A stretch of 64,000 bases of DNA from Balanoglossus misakiensis (GCA_040954595.2 CM082576.2:14573129-14637128), one strand, 5' to 3'. Positions 36,801 through 47,420 are shown, counted from the stretch's first letter. A program made the numbers and translations. The notes: generated by a model from the letters alone, not told the origin.

Positions 36801-38208
36801 CCCTCAGTGTCCCCCCAGCAATCTGACTTGTGATTTTATTTCACAGTATTTGGAACTAATGTTGTTTTCAAACTTCTATAATGGCAGAATTCCTTGATGT
36901 AGCTACCATTATGCTGGTGGAATTCAGCTGCAGGAAACGCATATTTGAATATTCTGTGTGGGTGTGCAGGGTTTGACCTTTGTGAAACTGCAAGTAACAC
37001 ACACGTGCAAATCTGAACAGTACAAACATCAGAGATGCACTGTCATTGTTAGAATTCTACTGGTGAAACTTGAAAACAACTGTAATTTTGCTCAAGAATG
37101 TAAGGCGGTGAGTGTGACATAGAAACTCGCCATATGCCTTAGCTTTTACAATATTCATTTTGAAAAATAACTTTATATTGGAGATATTTAATACCAGACT
37201 ATCTTTGAGGTACATGTACGTATTCATGACAAAATTAATGTAATCAAGTTATGTTCAGGTCCATCACAAGCTGGTTATTTTAGGTAACAAGAGTAAAATT
37301 TTGCATTTCTTGTCTTTACATGTAAGAACCATCCTACCACCAACTCTGTTGCATATTAATGCTGTACAAGTACACACACAACATTCTGAGTTCAAAGGGT
37401 CACAAGCACAAACGCCATTTTACATGTTTAGCCTTCAATGTCAAAATGACCTTCATGACACTTTCTGGTCTTCCATCCATTTTGAATTCAACTACATGTT
37501 CACCATAAGCACTTAGTAGATTCCTAATGTCAGCAGTGTAATACATTGATATCTCCAATACATGTTTATCCCTGTATGTACCTGATATTCCCCCTTTCCA
37601 GAAACAGCAGAATCATGGCTGTTTAGTGCCCTTGATATATGGCCATGGAAGCCCTGGGCAAATAGCAAGGTAGTTGAAGAACGAAAACACCGGTTCCAAC
37701 ATTGATAGATTTAAAACTATACACTCACCTTTGACTCGGAGTGTGCAGTTGCCTTCATCTGGGACATCTCATTAAAATGCCCGAGTGCATCAGTAACAAC
37801 TAGTTGTGAAAGTCACACCTACCTCTGATGTCATTACCAGGAATAGCATATAGAACATCTTGGGGGTTACTATAGTCTCACAGCAACAACAGTAATGGGC
37901 TGTACATGTTCAAATCATATGTGGCTCTGATATCAAAAACCATGACATCCTTGTTTTAATTTTAATTCAATCTTCTAGCGCCTGCGGACAATTCCAAAAG
38001 ACTCCAATTTTCCTCGTCCCTAACACTGTCACCCCACATTTCTGTGACAATGACATGTTTCAAACTTCCTCTTTTTTTTCTCACCTGCTAAAGCCCTAAT
38101 TCTGGATCTCTCAAAGAGCTTGGCACCTCCCTCATCATAATTCTCCTCCCCTGCAGGGTCCCACTTGTATCCCGGGTGGAATTCAGTTTGTCCACCACTG
38201 TCCATCAT
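3599..38208 (-). CDS. SPTBN1: Conventional beta-spectrin, complete multi-exon CDS (34 coding exons, ~2349 aa): CH1-CH2 actin-binding domain, 17 spectrin repeats, PH domain
   Basis: Hand-spliced exons join in frame with matching phases from ATG (38208) to TAA (3599-3601), total 7050 nt. Hallmark motifs: [46 protein letters not shown] motif [19 protein letters not shown]-terminal FFTLKKK. Probably co-orthologous to vertebrate SPTB/SPTBN1/2/4, so the symbol is the nearest label. Confidence 0.97.
3952..4130. mobile_element. MITE family A copy, degraded, opposite orientation
   Basis: CTGTAAA...TTTTATAG ends; contains aataacgatgcagtgaaatacga, the reverse complement of the family core. Confidence 0.65.
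4250..4423 (-). CDS. SPTBN1: beta-spectrin exon 33 (PH domain)
   Basis: SWHNVYAV...FYKD...FHGEEPV...DYTKKKHV. Confidence 0.95.
4671..4955 (-). CDS. SPTBN1: beta-spectrin exon 32 (linker and start of PH)
   Basis: ...[20 protein letters not shown], phase 2-2. Confidence 0.9.
5156..5289. mobile_element. Degraded MITE family B copy
   Basis: aaacctgtctaaactgaac...gttcagtttagatagg inverted ends. Confidence 0.55.
5463..5617 (-). CDS. SPTBN1: beta-spectrin exon 31 (charged linker)
   Basis: [16 protein letters not shown]...EKER, AG/GT bounded, phase 0-2. Confidence 0.88.
6094..6198 (-). CDS. SPTBN1: beta-spectrin exon 30
   Basis: [19 protein letters not shown]...[13 protein letters not shown]. Confidence 0.95.
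6513..6689 (-). CDS. SPTBN1: beta-spectrin exon 29 (start of repeat 17, tetramerisation region)
   Basis: [35 protein letters not shown]. Confidence 0.95.
6851..7701. mobile_element. Non-autonomous Tigger/pogo-like (Tc1/mariner superfamily) element, 851 bp
   Basis: Perfect 21-bp TIR CAGTAGAACGTCGATTATCCG, TA TSD on both sides (6849-6850, 7702-7703), subterminal ATCCG/CCGAAC repeats. Confidence 0.85.
7936..8074 (-). CDS. SPTBN1: beta-spectrin exon 28
   Basis: [22 protein letters not shown]...HYASKE. Confidence 0.95.
8363..8718 (-). CDS. SPTBN1: beta-spectrin exon 27
   Basis: [16 protein letters not shown]...AYAGDKA...QERAR, phase 0-2. Confidence 0.96.
8947..9152. mobile_element. MITE family A copy (CT(G/A)TAAAAC... 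TIR, TA TSD)
   Basis: TIR CTRTAAAACGGGTTATTTT flanked by TA; internal actgcatcgttatct shared with 57804-58011. Confidence 0.8.
9206..9469 (-). CDS. SPTBN1: beta-spectrin exon 26 (repeats 14-15, ankyrin-binding region)
   Basis: [35 protein letters not shown]. Confidence 0.96.
9743..9947 (-). CDS. SPTBN1: beta-spectrin exon 25 (start of repeat 14, ankyrin-binding region)
   Basis: [14 protein letters not shown]...[16 protein letters not shown]...GQDYEHVT. Confidence 0.96.
10210..10418 (-). CDS. SPTBN1: beta-spectrin exon 24 (repeat 13)
   Basis: [20 protein letters not shown], phase 0-2. Confidence 0.96.
11933..13115 (+). pseudogene. Frameshifted Academ transposase C-terminal remnant (XPG/FEN1-like H3TH motif, Cys-rich finger, acidic tail)
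   Basis: Three consecutive ORF pieces: [17 protein letters not shown]; [13 protein letters not shown]...W...P...GY...W and [22 protein letters not shown]; then, after a frameshift, CLNC and a D/E-rich tail. Confidence 0.75.
13172..13189 (+). repeat. G18 homopolymer inside the Academ element
   Basis: Direct count. Confidence 0.9.
13973..14263 (-). CDS. SPTBN1: beta-spectrin exon 23
   Basis: [19 protein letters not shown]...SQKAQQ. Confidence 0.96.
14557..14778 (-). CDS. SPTBN1: beta-spectrin exon 22 (followed by a GC-AG intron)
   Basis: MLESQV...FNRDIDEEK, donor AAG|GCAAGT. Confidence 0.9.
15025..15205. mobile_element. Degraded Tc1/mariner-type MITE family B (TA-CAGTCAAACCTGTC...)
   Basis: Repeated acctgtct motifs and inverted tttaaacaggt end; similar to 5156-5289. 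Confidence 0.55.
15236..15499 (-). CDS. SPTBN1: beta-spectrin exon 21
   Basis: [10 protein letters not shown]...[17 protein letters not shown]...LLKKQQ. Confidence 0.95.
15825..16062 (-). CDS. SPTBN1: beta-spectrin exon 20
   Basis: [34 protein letters not shown], phase 2-0. Confidence 0.95.
16157..16243. mobile_element. Tiny piggyBac-like MITE (TTAA-CCCTTTCAC...GTGAAAAGGG); related partial copy at ~52655-52716
   Basis: TTAACCC terminus; shared gttggacctcta...gggaac..ggg.gtgaaa core between the two copies. Confidence 0.5.
16383..16555 (-). CDS. SPTBN1: beta-spectrin exon 19
   Basis: [23 protein letters not shown], phase 0-2. Confidence 0.95.
16927..17094 (-). CDS. SPTBN1: beta-spectrin exon 18
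   Basis: [20 protein letters not shown]. Confidence 0.95.
17500..17775 (-). CDS. SPTBN1: beta-spectrin exon 17
   Basis: [19 protein letters not shown]...AQYMFLRQ. Confidence 0.96.
18193..18535 (-). CDS. SPTBN1: beta-spectrin exon 16
   Basis: [15 protein letters not shown]...[18 protein letters not shown], phase 2-0. Confidence 0.96.
18956..19158 (-). CDS. SPTBN1: beta-spectrin exon 15
   Basis: VVQHRF...[17 protein letters not shown], phase 0-2. Confidence 0.95.
19497..19661 (-). CDS. SPTBN1: beta-spectrin exon 14
   Basis: [11 protein letters not shown]...[14 protein letters not shown]...WIQEK. Confidence 0.95.
20012..20089 (-). CDS. SPTBN1: beta-spectrin exon 13
   Basis: [26 protein letters not shown], phase 0-0. 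Confidence 0.92.
21048..21077 (-). CDS. Candidate 30-nt alternative microexon ([10 protein letters not shown]) between exons 12 and 13
   Basis: Acceptor gtgcttgcttcctgctttttAG, donor GTGAGT, in frame with no stop, phase 0-0 matching the host intron. Confidence 0.6.
21637..21753 (-). CDS. SPTBN1: beta-spectrin exon 12 (repeat 5)
   Basis: [39 protein letters not shown], phase 0-0. Confidence 0.95.
22236..22436 (-). CDS. SPTBN1: beta-spectrin exon 11
   Basis: ALEEEITGH...ALNMYQ, 67 codons. Confidence 0.94.
22844..23088 (-). CDS. SPTBN1: beta-spectrin exon 10
   Basis: GYRPVDP...[18 protein letters not shown], phase 1-0. Confidence 0.95.
23415..23580 (-). CDS. SPTBN1: beta-spectrin exon 9
   Basis: [18 protein letters not shown], phase 0-1. 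Confidence 0.95.
23786..23924 (-). CDS. SPTBN1: beta-spectrin exon 8
   Basis: [15 protein letters not shown]...DWMDETK, phase 2-0. Confidence 0.94.
24175..24497 (-). CDS. SPTBN1: beta-spectrin exon 7 (repeat 1/2)
   Basis: [13 protein letters not shown]...[12 protein letters not shown], phase 0-2. Confidence 0.96.
24679..24796 (-). CDS. SPTBN1: beta-spectrin exon 6
   Basis: [22 protein letters not shown], phase 2-0. Confidence 0.95.
25028..25328 (-). CDS. SPTBN1: beta-spectrin exon 5 (end of CH2, repeat 1)
   Basis: [16 protein letters not shown]...EKPPK, phase 1-2. Confidence 0.96.
26580..26868 (-). CDS. SPTBN1: beta-spectrin exon 4 (CH2: IQDISF...LLDPE)
   Basis: AG/GT bounded, phase 0-1. 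Confidence 0.96.
28265..28438 (-). CDS. SPTBN1: beta-spectrin exon 3 ([15 protein letters not shown]...WTIILRFQ)
   Basis: AG/GT bounded, 58 codons, conserved CH1. Confidence 0.95.
28812..28828 (+). repeat. C17 homopolymer (G17 in the spectrin pre-mRNA, intron 2)
   Basis: Direct count. Confidence 0.9.
28960..29111 (-). CDS. SPTBN1: beta-spectrin exon 2 (CH1: [16 protein letters not shown]...GERL)
   Basis: AG/GT bounded, phase 1-0. Confidence 0.96.
30342..30408 (-). CDS. Candidate alternative first coding exon of beta-spectrin ([22 protein letters not shown])
   Basis: ATG in gcaATGa context, 22 codons + 1 nt, donor AAG|GTAAGA in phase 1 matching exon 2. Confidence 0.5.
38085..38208 (-). CDS. 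SPTBN1: beta-spectrin coding exon 1 (MMDSGG...[11 protein letters not shown]); exon starts at 38233 with 25 nt of UTR
   Basis: Acceptor ttacAG at 38234-38235, donor GTGAGA, phase 1. Conserved WDP and LFERSRI motifs. Missed by the ORF track. Confidence 0.93.
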
Positions 38209-41200
38209 CTTGAAGAGTTAGCCTGGAGCCTATCTGTAAGCAAGAAAAGTAGGTTTTTATTGACATGTCATTGTCAATGGCATGCTCCCTGCTGGGGAAA
38301 TAGATTAAGAAAATACTGGAGGAAATTATGGGAGGATAATAACATAAACCGAGGCATGGCAGAAAAATGGTTCAGAAAATGCTTCTAACAAAGTAATCTG
38401 GTATTACATGTATACTGAAGCATATCATTAGCCAATCAATCACAAATTCTTGACATGTACACGTATATATTAACACGTTTTCCTTTTGCTATGCTAAGGA
38501 ACTGAACACCTGACTTGAGAATCTCCCAATTTGTCGACTGACAGCCTTCACTTGAATAGAAGGTTCATAATCACCTCAGGCATTTTTTGAATAATAACTT
38601 TTGGCATAAACATAAGACCATTACAAAATGGTTGCAAGGCAACAATCTTACATCACATTGTGCTGAAAATTGATCATATATAAACCAGATTTATTAAAGT
38701 GCCCTGAATTCATGTAAGACTTTATATACAGACAATACTTCATATCAACATCTTTTCCACCATAGGCAACTTTCATGAGCTGTGTATCATGGTATTTTCT
38801 TAGGTATGTGGGCGTCTAACAAAGTGGTCAATGCAGCAGTGCATGTGACACTCTAAGCTGTAGATGAGTTATTGTAGCAATTAGGAAAACAACAGAATGG
38901 GACCATCATTAACCAACACAATTGCACAGTGGACCTGGCACCAATAAAATGCATACTTTCAGGAGTCCAAAGCTGCATATTGCAAGTAATGTATAACTTT
39001 TACATGTAGCTGCCCTTCTCAAGCCCAGATTCTTGCATTAGTGGACAAGTAAATTGTTAGTTAATAGTCTGTCAATCTTTTGTTCTCCATGGATTTTTGT
39101 ACCCCGGTATTAAAATACATTTCCTGTTACTGTACATAAATGTGATAATTGAATTGGGACTGTTTTCAGGAAATGATTCAACCTCTTTCAACTTCTTCAT
39201 AGAAAGCAACATCACGTGGACGTGCTAAATTGAACACCACAGGCCTCAAAGATAACCACAACACATTTGTAGACTGAGTCATGTCTTAATAATAAATTTG
39301 TATATAATTCTTACGCATATTACATGTATAAGGCAATATCCTGAGACTTCCAAACTACATGTATAAGGACACTGTACTGGCTGTTTGCACAAGACATTTG
39401 GAACAAAAGAAAACCTGCAGGATTCATCAAAATTTACAACCTCCATGAGGAACACAATGCAGTCACTGTCTGTACCATACATATGCAAAACTTTAAAGAC
39501 CTTGTTCAATGTCCATGTGATGGACCTGCAGCTGCAGTGACAGTAGCATTAAAGTCATACACTGTTCAGATTATACAATCATTATTCATGACAAAATTCT
39601 GTCAGACCTGATACAGAGGACTGAAAATCTCTATTTTTCATACAAAATGTACAAGCAGCCATATTATGTTGATGTTTTTAACAACACATTAAAAAGATAG
39701 GCAATTAGTTTTGGCATTGATGCATGTCCATTTTATCCAGGGTAACGACATCTGTGTTAGTTTGGCCACACACTCTGCATGCAAGTTACTAATTTAATTT
39801 TTGACTAATTAGTCTAGGGTGCCCTGCTTGATTGCAGAACTGTGTTTGTCAAAATGCCTGCAGGAAACTGTTGAAAACACTAAGAATGAAGAACTACATG
39901 TACATCGCAAAACTGATTTTACGGCATCTCTCAACTGTTACCAAAGCTGTTTGACTCCTGGAGTCGGCCATTTCAAATCATATATCAGTAACAGGCTTAC
40001 AGCCAACTGGCCTTTATATAAATTTTGCAAGTACTACATGTAAGTTTGTGGGAACGGGTGGAGTTTGGCTGAATACTGGGCAGTGCTTTCTTAGTGTTGA
40101 AGAGGAGCCTTTGATGTCCTCATGTGACCCAAGACAATCAGAAGCAACTTGATCCGAATGATGTAACAAGGGATAATGTCTCTTTCCTCCAAATGGGAAA
40201 CATCTGTGTTTGTCTTTAGGGCCAGTTGGATGTAATCACCAACTCAAAATCCCACAGGGCCCTGGAAACAAAACACAAACTAATGCTCTCCTCTTTTGGC
40301 TCAGTAATGTTGTTCAAATTACCGTCTGGGACAAGGTATGGATAAAAACCCTCTTTTTGGGGGAGAGGGCAGATGTGAAGTCAGTGTCTGACTCAGGGTT
40401 TGCATAATGTAATGTCTTCTTTATACCCAAAATCAAAAGTAAGACCTCTGACTGGGACCAGTGTGTCCACACTACAATGTACCATTTTGCACTGTTAAAC
40501 CCAGATCACAACCAATGTCCATAACTGGACCAATCTAATGGCCTTTGTCTCACACAACACATCTGCATAAGTGAGTCTGAGCTGACTCAGTGACCACACC
40601 TGTACTGTGTACAGGGCCGACATATAAGAAGTGCCTTGTAACAGTGCACAGCCTTGTATGGGCCCCATATAGTGAGACGAATGTGATACATGTACAAATG
40701 TACATACATGCAATTGCCCAGTTTCACTCAACATGGCCATTACATGACAAATGTAAATAAATGTGATATAATTAGAATTCTTTCAGAACACGTACAATTG
40801 AAGACCTTGCATTTTATTATATCTCAGGCGTGTCACTTGATGATTTGGTCTGTCCCTGCAATAATGGAGGTTAGCAAGAATTGGTTCATGAAATCTCCAA
40901 GTATTATGCAAGTTTTATTTGCTCTTGAATCTGCTATCCATGGTGTTAACCCACTGTATGATACTGTCAACAATTTGCAGTAATTAAACCTCTAGCAAAA
41001 TTCTTCTAAAGCGTGTTCATGCTGCATTTGTCTTTTATACTGTACCAGAGCAAATGAATTTTCAGCTGTATCTGGGAAAACTGTGTGGGAGATCCCATTC
41101 TGCTTGGTTAATTAAATGTTGACAATGTATACATGTACATGTATCTATAATTAACATTTCAATTAATTAGCCTGCACTAATGAACACCGGCTTCATTTAT

Positions 41201-44200
41201 TTGAAGTTGCATTCCATGTATGGCGATAATGAGACTGGGAATGTTTCAAATACAAGGATCCGTAATGAGGCTGTCTGTACCATACAAACGCACCTTTATG
41301 AAATTCCATGAGTTGATGACACTATAAAAATGAACGTAAAGTACCGGTACTAAGGATTTCATATACAGCACAATCATTGCAAAATCATACATCTAACCAT
41401 CACAGCTGAGGAATGCCAATCCTGCAGTGACTGATCACTCACCAACTTTGAAATATCTTTAAAGTCAGGCTATTGAAGCCAACAAAATATTTTGCCCATT
41501 AGAAGGCAGATCAGGTATTTTTGTCATGCCTACATGATTAACCTGGAGGGGAAATGGGTCATGTGGTGAGGCGAGACAGAAAAATGAAGGTACTGTCTGT
41601 CCCCTTTTCACCGCACTCTAACAATGCTTTCCCTGTTTATCTTATAACAATAGGGCTAGCAGTATCAGACTGAAGTGCACTTAAATTGAATTCGGTGCAG
41701 TCAAATTGTGCCAAGTGATCTGAATATTATATGTGCCAAGATAAAATATGCACCTACGTTGTATGTTGCATATGTTAACTGCATATCAAATCATTTTCCT
41801 GGTTCAATCTTTGCAACATTTTGTAGAAAACTGCATTTGTACATATATGTCTTACATTAACAGTTTGGCCTTACAATGGGTTGATATCTATGGCTGTTTC
41901 AACTCTCCCCAGACACACCATTATCTTGCCATGAGGCAAGGGTGTCTTGGTAACATTTTCTATGTACCAGCTTACAGCACTGACACGAACAATGAAATTG
42001 GGGAATATCCCGTTTGAGACAAATTCTTAATCCACAAATTGATGCTTCAAACCTCAATTTGTCATACTTTATTATTTTATTTTATATAGCGAGAACTAAT
42101 ACTGGGTGCTTTACGAAAGAGGGTGTCAACAAATTTTGCATTTAATCATGGCCATAGGAATATATATGCTTGTCACAAACAAAATACATACATCTTTTCT
42201 ACACCTGTTGCCAAGCACTCAAAAATGATTAAAGTTATGTGTACTACATGTATACTCTGACTACTTTCTATATCTAACAAAACATGAGTGTGTCATTCAC
42301 CATACTCAAAGCATCTGTCAGCAATAAGATAAGTTTTACAATGTACAGTAAGGGGCTTTAGACAATGAAAATATGGGCATGCTAAACAAAATTTATTTTA
42401 GGGGAGGGGCTATATCAAGCATAAATTCACACCAAGTTTCGGTACAATATTTTCACATGTGACAGGGAAGGAAATGCATAATGCTACAAGGAAATAATTC
42501 TTTTCCTGTATATGTTTGGTGTGTGACTGCTATAAATTATCACAGACACTGCCCCCAAGGAGTAACTTGAGAATGGCCTGACTCTGACCACATTCTAAGC
42601 AATAAAAAGTTGTGGGATTCCCTACTGTGTAAAAACCACACCCATGATACAGTATATATTTTGCAGTTCAAAAACAACTCGTGTCATAATATTCATACTG
42701 CAATGAGTGTACTACATTGCCACCTGTCAATTATTTTTCCTTTATTTCCATGATCTGGTTGTGGTGATGCCAGTCCTGTATAATGGCAGACAAGTTAACA
42801 GGAATGTCTAAGTTACAAACGTTTATATTTACAAGCAACTGTCTTTTGCATACAACGATATGTGAATGCAACACACTCCATAATTCAGCGTCAGTATAAA
42901 AACTATTAATGCCTATGCTAGAGATGGGATACAAAAGATACTTGTTCCCTTTTCAAATTAACAATCATGCTGCATTGCTAACTTAGCAGGAAAAAAAGCA
43001 GCAAGATTTGGTTTCAAAATATACATGTCCTTCTAATACCAGAATTACCCTCATGTAAAACTGCATTGTAATGATGGATTTGTGGACAAGTCTGCAGATT
43101 AGAAACAGCCAAAAACAAACAGATCCTTATGCCTAGTGTCAGCATTGTATGGCTTCCCTGTTCACACAACCTGAGTGAAAGGTTATTGTCTAACTTCTGG
43201 TACTAGTGGTAGTCCACAAAGACGACCCTTGAGGACATCTACAATGATGCAAATCGTCATTTGATGTAATTATGTAATGGGTGAACTATCCTTGTTTATT
43301 TACACGCTGAAGTTGCCCAACAGGACAGGAATTCAGACAAGTTTGTTAATAAGGCTAGAGTTGCTTTTGGTATGGCAGACAGACCTCTGGTGACTGATAA
43401 AGAAAGCATTCATGTATTTCTGAGTAACTTAGACGATGGTTGCACATTAACATGCAAATTGCCACTATCATTTATAAAACTGCAGTCTAGTCATGTTTTT
43501 TTACCTACACGATACAAATATTTCAAGAATCAGATGTGTGAGACTTTGCAAAGTCATTTTATTTCTTGATTACATTTATAAAACCCGACTACGATGGCTA
43601 CATGTATGCCACTCCCTTTTTTGCTTTACTGTTTGTTAATTCTAAATCGATGACACTGGGCACAAGACCTCGTTTAAGTAAAGAGAACATTCCTTATACA
43701 TGGATACATGTATAACATCTTCTGTCATGCACATAGCAATGAAAAGTTTGCAGTGATATTTATCATAAGGGTATCATAATTCATAGCTATACCGGAGAAT
43801 TTGGACATACACTGAAGTTGAACCTTGTGGCCTTGCTGACTGACATTATAAATGACCTACGGAGGCTTGAAGACCAAACAAAACTTGGACTATGGGAAAA
43901 CCTTGAATGTCACAGCACTTGCCTTGTATCCCAATGGGGTGCAATCCCGTGCAACTCCAGAAATAATGGACTGTTACTATTAAAAAGTTGATGTCCAAAT
44001 AAAATATTAAGGTGTCTACTGGATTTTTAACAAGTCATTACTAATAACTGTTCCACGTATTTGTTTGTATGAAGGCAAATGAATTAAGAATTTCTCTGGA
44101 ACATATGATGTACAATTTAGACAAAGTCTCTCATTCTTGACGTTATTTTGATTTCTGTTGATAGATTATTTATGATGATCATGTTCTGCTCACTTATAAA

Positions 44201-44319
44201 TATCCCCAATGTCCACTTATCACAGCTGAACTCACAACCTGTACATAGACATAACACATGAATACTTCCATCATAATGATTTTAGCAAATACTAAAAGTG
44301 CATCATGGTAAATATTTAT

Positions 44320-45137
44320 ATATAATTCCCCCGTATTTCGAACGAGTGTGCCTGCGTCGCGGACGAGTGATTCCCCGTATAGCGGCCGTATCCCTCCGAG
44401 CCGCAGGCGAGGAGGGATACAGCTATACGGGGAATCACGAGTTCGCGACGCAGGTACACGAGTGAGGAATACGGGGGAATTATATGTTTATCACATACAT
44501 AGATCCGCTAATTTTGATTTTCAAATAAATCTCTTTGTGGTTGCGATAAAATTTGGAACTATTTTGTGCAAAATTGAAGATCGATGTTATGCGGTCTATC
44601 TGTCAGGTGACTCAGGTCACGACGTGGACGATTCTGGTTTTGGCGAGGACCCGTCTGTCGTGCGTCAGCTGGATTTCATCGTCCGTCTAGGTTTCACTGG
44701 AGCAGGAAACCTTTCTTATGCCTTTTGCTTTATGACTAGATCGTTTTGCTCCAATCGTCGCATCAAAATTTTTGCGAATACTCAATTTTGTACCTGTCGC
44801 TCGTTCGACAACGCGACGACATTGGCTCACTAAGCACTGCCGACCTCGCGACAGTTTTGGTGTCGGTTGGTGCGATAAAAATGTACACAGGTAAAACTAA
44901 TCGTCGATCGTCCATATTTACACATACGAAACATTTTATTTATCTTTGCTTATTTTTAATATCGAAATAAAACGAACAATTGAACTGAATTTTGTCGCCC
45001 TAAGGGGACTTTGTTTACAAGTTTAAAATAGTTCCGTTTGGTGACGTCAGAGGGATGGGTATTACAATAACGCTTGGTGCAAATTTACCTACGTCTGACG
45101 TCATACTATGGTATATGCGGAGCTATGTATGTGATAA
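44320..45137 (+). mobile_element. Non-autonomous element with 166-nt terminal hairpin and asymmetric 21-bp inverted repeats (Crypton-A/Eulor-like architecture)
   Basis: Hairpin 44320-44485; IR TTATCACATACATAG(A/C)TCCGC at 44488-44508 and 45117-45137; CpG-rich; no TSD seen. The class assignment is inferred. Confidence 0.6.
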
Positions 45138-45899
45138 TCATGCTTATAATATACAGGCCATAGCTAAATTGTAACAATCAGTGATTCACTATATTTCAGT
45201 CAGCAGAAAAAAAAACATATTCCATCAAAAGAAACCAGAAGTAACAAATGACAAAGTGAAGACTTTAGGCAAATGGCTACATTTCAATGAGTCTGCCAGC
45301 AACTTTTACAATCAGTCATTTTGTAATTTATGCAAAAAATCTTGGCAATGACTTCCTTATCAAGCAAAATCAATAAACTTTGTATTAAAAATTCAAACCC
45401 AAACTAGAGCAATAACAAAAGGGGAAAGGGATTGGCATATTATGCCGCCAGTTATCCAAGTTCATAGGTCATTGTACTTACATGAAAAATTTATTGAAAA
45501 TCACACTACTTGCAGAGGTGACAATTTGTTTTTCTGCGCTTTTGTGTTCACCTTGACTTTAATAATAAGACAACTAAAATAAATAGCATTAACGACCTGA
45601 GTTTGGACCTCCAAGGTTATTTTGACAATTGAATGTGAAATCACTTTCGATGTTAGGGATTATTACCCTTTCTCTGACCTCATACCATTCAAAACGGGCA
45701 ACAAATGATACAAGCGCTGAATGAAGCAGACGAGAATGAAAACCTGTCTGCTACGCGAACGCACCCTGAAACTCATTAGATCGAACCACTTCCCATTAAA
45801 AATATATCAATTTTCCAATGAACCAACCAACTATGACATGGGCGTGAGCCAACCAAATACTTATTTCTTTATCTATCCCGACTTTCCATCTCTCGGTGT

Positions 45900-47420
45900 T
45901 CGGTTTCACTGACCTCAGACAACAAGCTTGCTACGACCGACCACCGCCCATCAAAAATATGGAGAAACCTTGCCCAGCCTCTGCGACAAGGAGACAGGCC
46001 TGTCCGATCGACGAACATCTTACTTTCCGTCGACCATTGTCACTGTAATATGTACACACTTCATGTCGAAGTAAAATGTGTAAAATAATATTGTTTTTCT
46101 TCAAGTTTTCGTATAAAAAGTGTTCAGTATGCACCTCACCAACTTGTATGCTAATATGACATGTACGTGTTCACCATCATCCCAGCAGAATTTCATAAGC
46201 CGATGAAAATTAAACAACTGGGCTACATTTATTTTGTCGACTCGAACTTCGGAATTTACAAGCTAATATTACAAGGTGACCATGGACTGGTACACACACC
46301 CATAAAAATATTGCGATCGCAAAAGAGTGAGGCCCTATACAATTGCTGTACCAGGCCTTTGGAAGCTAAATATGGGCTGGCCTCGTATTTGCTCTCAATA
46401 TTCAGAAGCCTATGTACGCGTCTGCCCATATCGAACTGTCCGACAGAATTCATGTTTGCAACCCTATACCCCATCTCCGATCCGAATTCGAACAACTTAC
46501 CTCTAGAACAGAATCTTGCAGATCGGCTCCCGCCCTCTGCACGTCTTAATTATATTCCTAGTCACTATTATTGACCAAAATTTTCGCTCGATATTCGTGT
46601 TTTTGAGGATTTTTGTGCGGGAATCCACTCAGGGATGCAAACCTGTTCACCGCTTCGCCCCTGCAGAGATCATCCGATTGTTCCGCGACGATGTATCAAG
46701 CGGTAAATAAGAAACGCCGAATCCAAAATATCAAATAGATCGCCCGATCGATGACCAGCACAGAACGTAAACAAGTTCTTGAATACTGTGGTCCTAAAAT
46801 GGTTATTGGCGATTTTGGAAGCCTACCAGTACCGTGGACTACTTTCTTAGGGCGACGCGTCCTTTTTCTCCTGTTCCATGGGCGACAAATGAATGGTGAC
46901 TATTATGGGATGGTCTGGGTCACCTAATTAATTATGTATGTCATGATGTAATGCTACATACCTATATTTGCATTAACCACACCCTACTTTATCCTAAAAT
47001 GGACTGAACTGACACTATTGACAGATAAATATGGGAGTGACCGAGGAATAAATGCTACTGAGGTCAACCATCAGTTTACAGGTTCATTCACCGACTGTAC
47101 TACTGGAACCCGAGGACCTTTACTTTAGGGTCACCCGTGGTCCAGTCTACGCACGGGGCACAGAAAGTGTACATCCCCACCACAGCGAGTCATGTTGATT
47201 TTTTGATTGCTTTAATTTTAATCGCCAGTCTGCTAATACATTCTACTTTATTTTACCACAGTTGTTCAACTTCGCTTCAAGCAATGCAACTTCGGAAGAA
47301 TATTTAGAAGCCGTTCAACTTCTGGTGTCGAAATGTACACTACTGACCAAAGGAAACTTTGCGCAGTGACCGTCACGTGCGACCAGTAATCAACGTACAA
47401 CGCTTCAGTCTTGAAGAGAC
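45900..47420 (-). promoter_or_regulatory. CpG-rich putative beta-spectrin promoter region with CCAAT box (46805-46809, minus strand)
   Basis: Visibly higher CpG density than the flanking introns; located between the VPS39 3' end and the first spectrin donor. Confidence 0.5.
46501..46760 (-). other. Probable non-coding first (5' UTR) exon of beta-spectrin; 5' end approximate
   Basis: Donor GAG|GTAAGT at 46495-46500 inside a CpG-rich patch. Coding exon 1 has an acceptor, so an upstream exon is required. Confidence 0.55.

Noticed and set aside
30500-44300. Short ORFs in the two large 5' introns suggesting a nested gene
   Set aside because: No coherent exon chain or recognisable peptide on either strand
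44348-44833. 161-aa ORF across the hairpin element
   Set aside because: By-product of a GC-rich palindrome; non-ATG start and no domain motif
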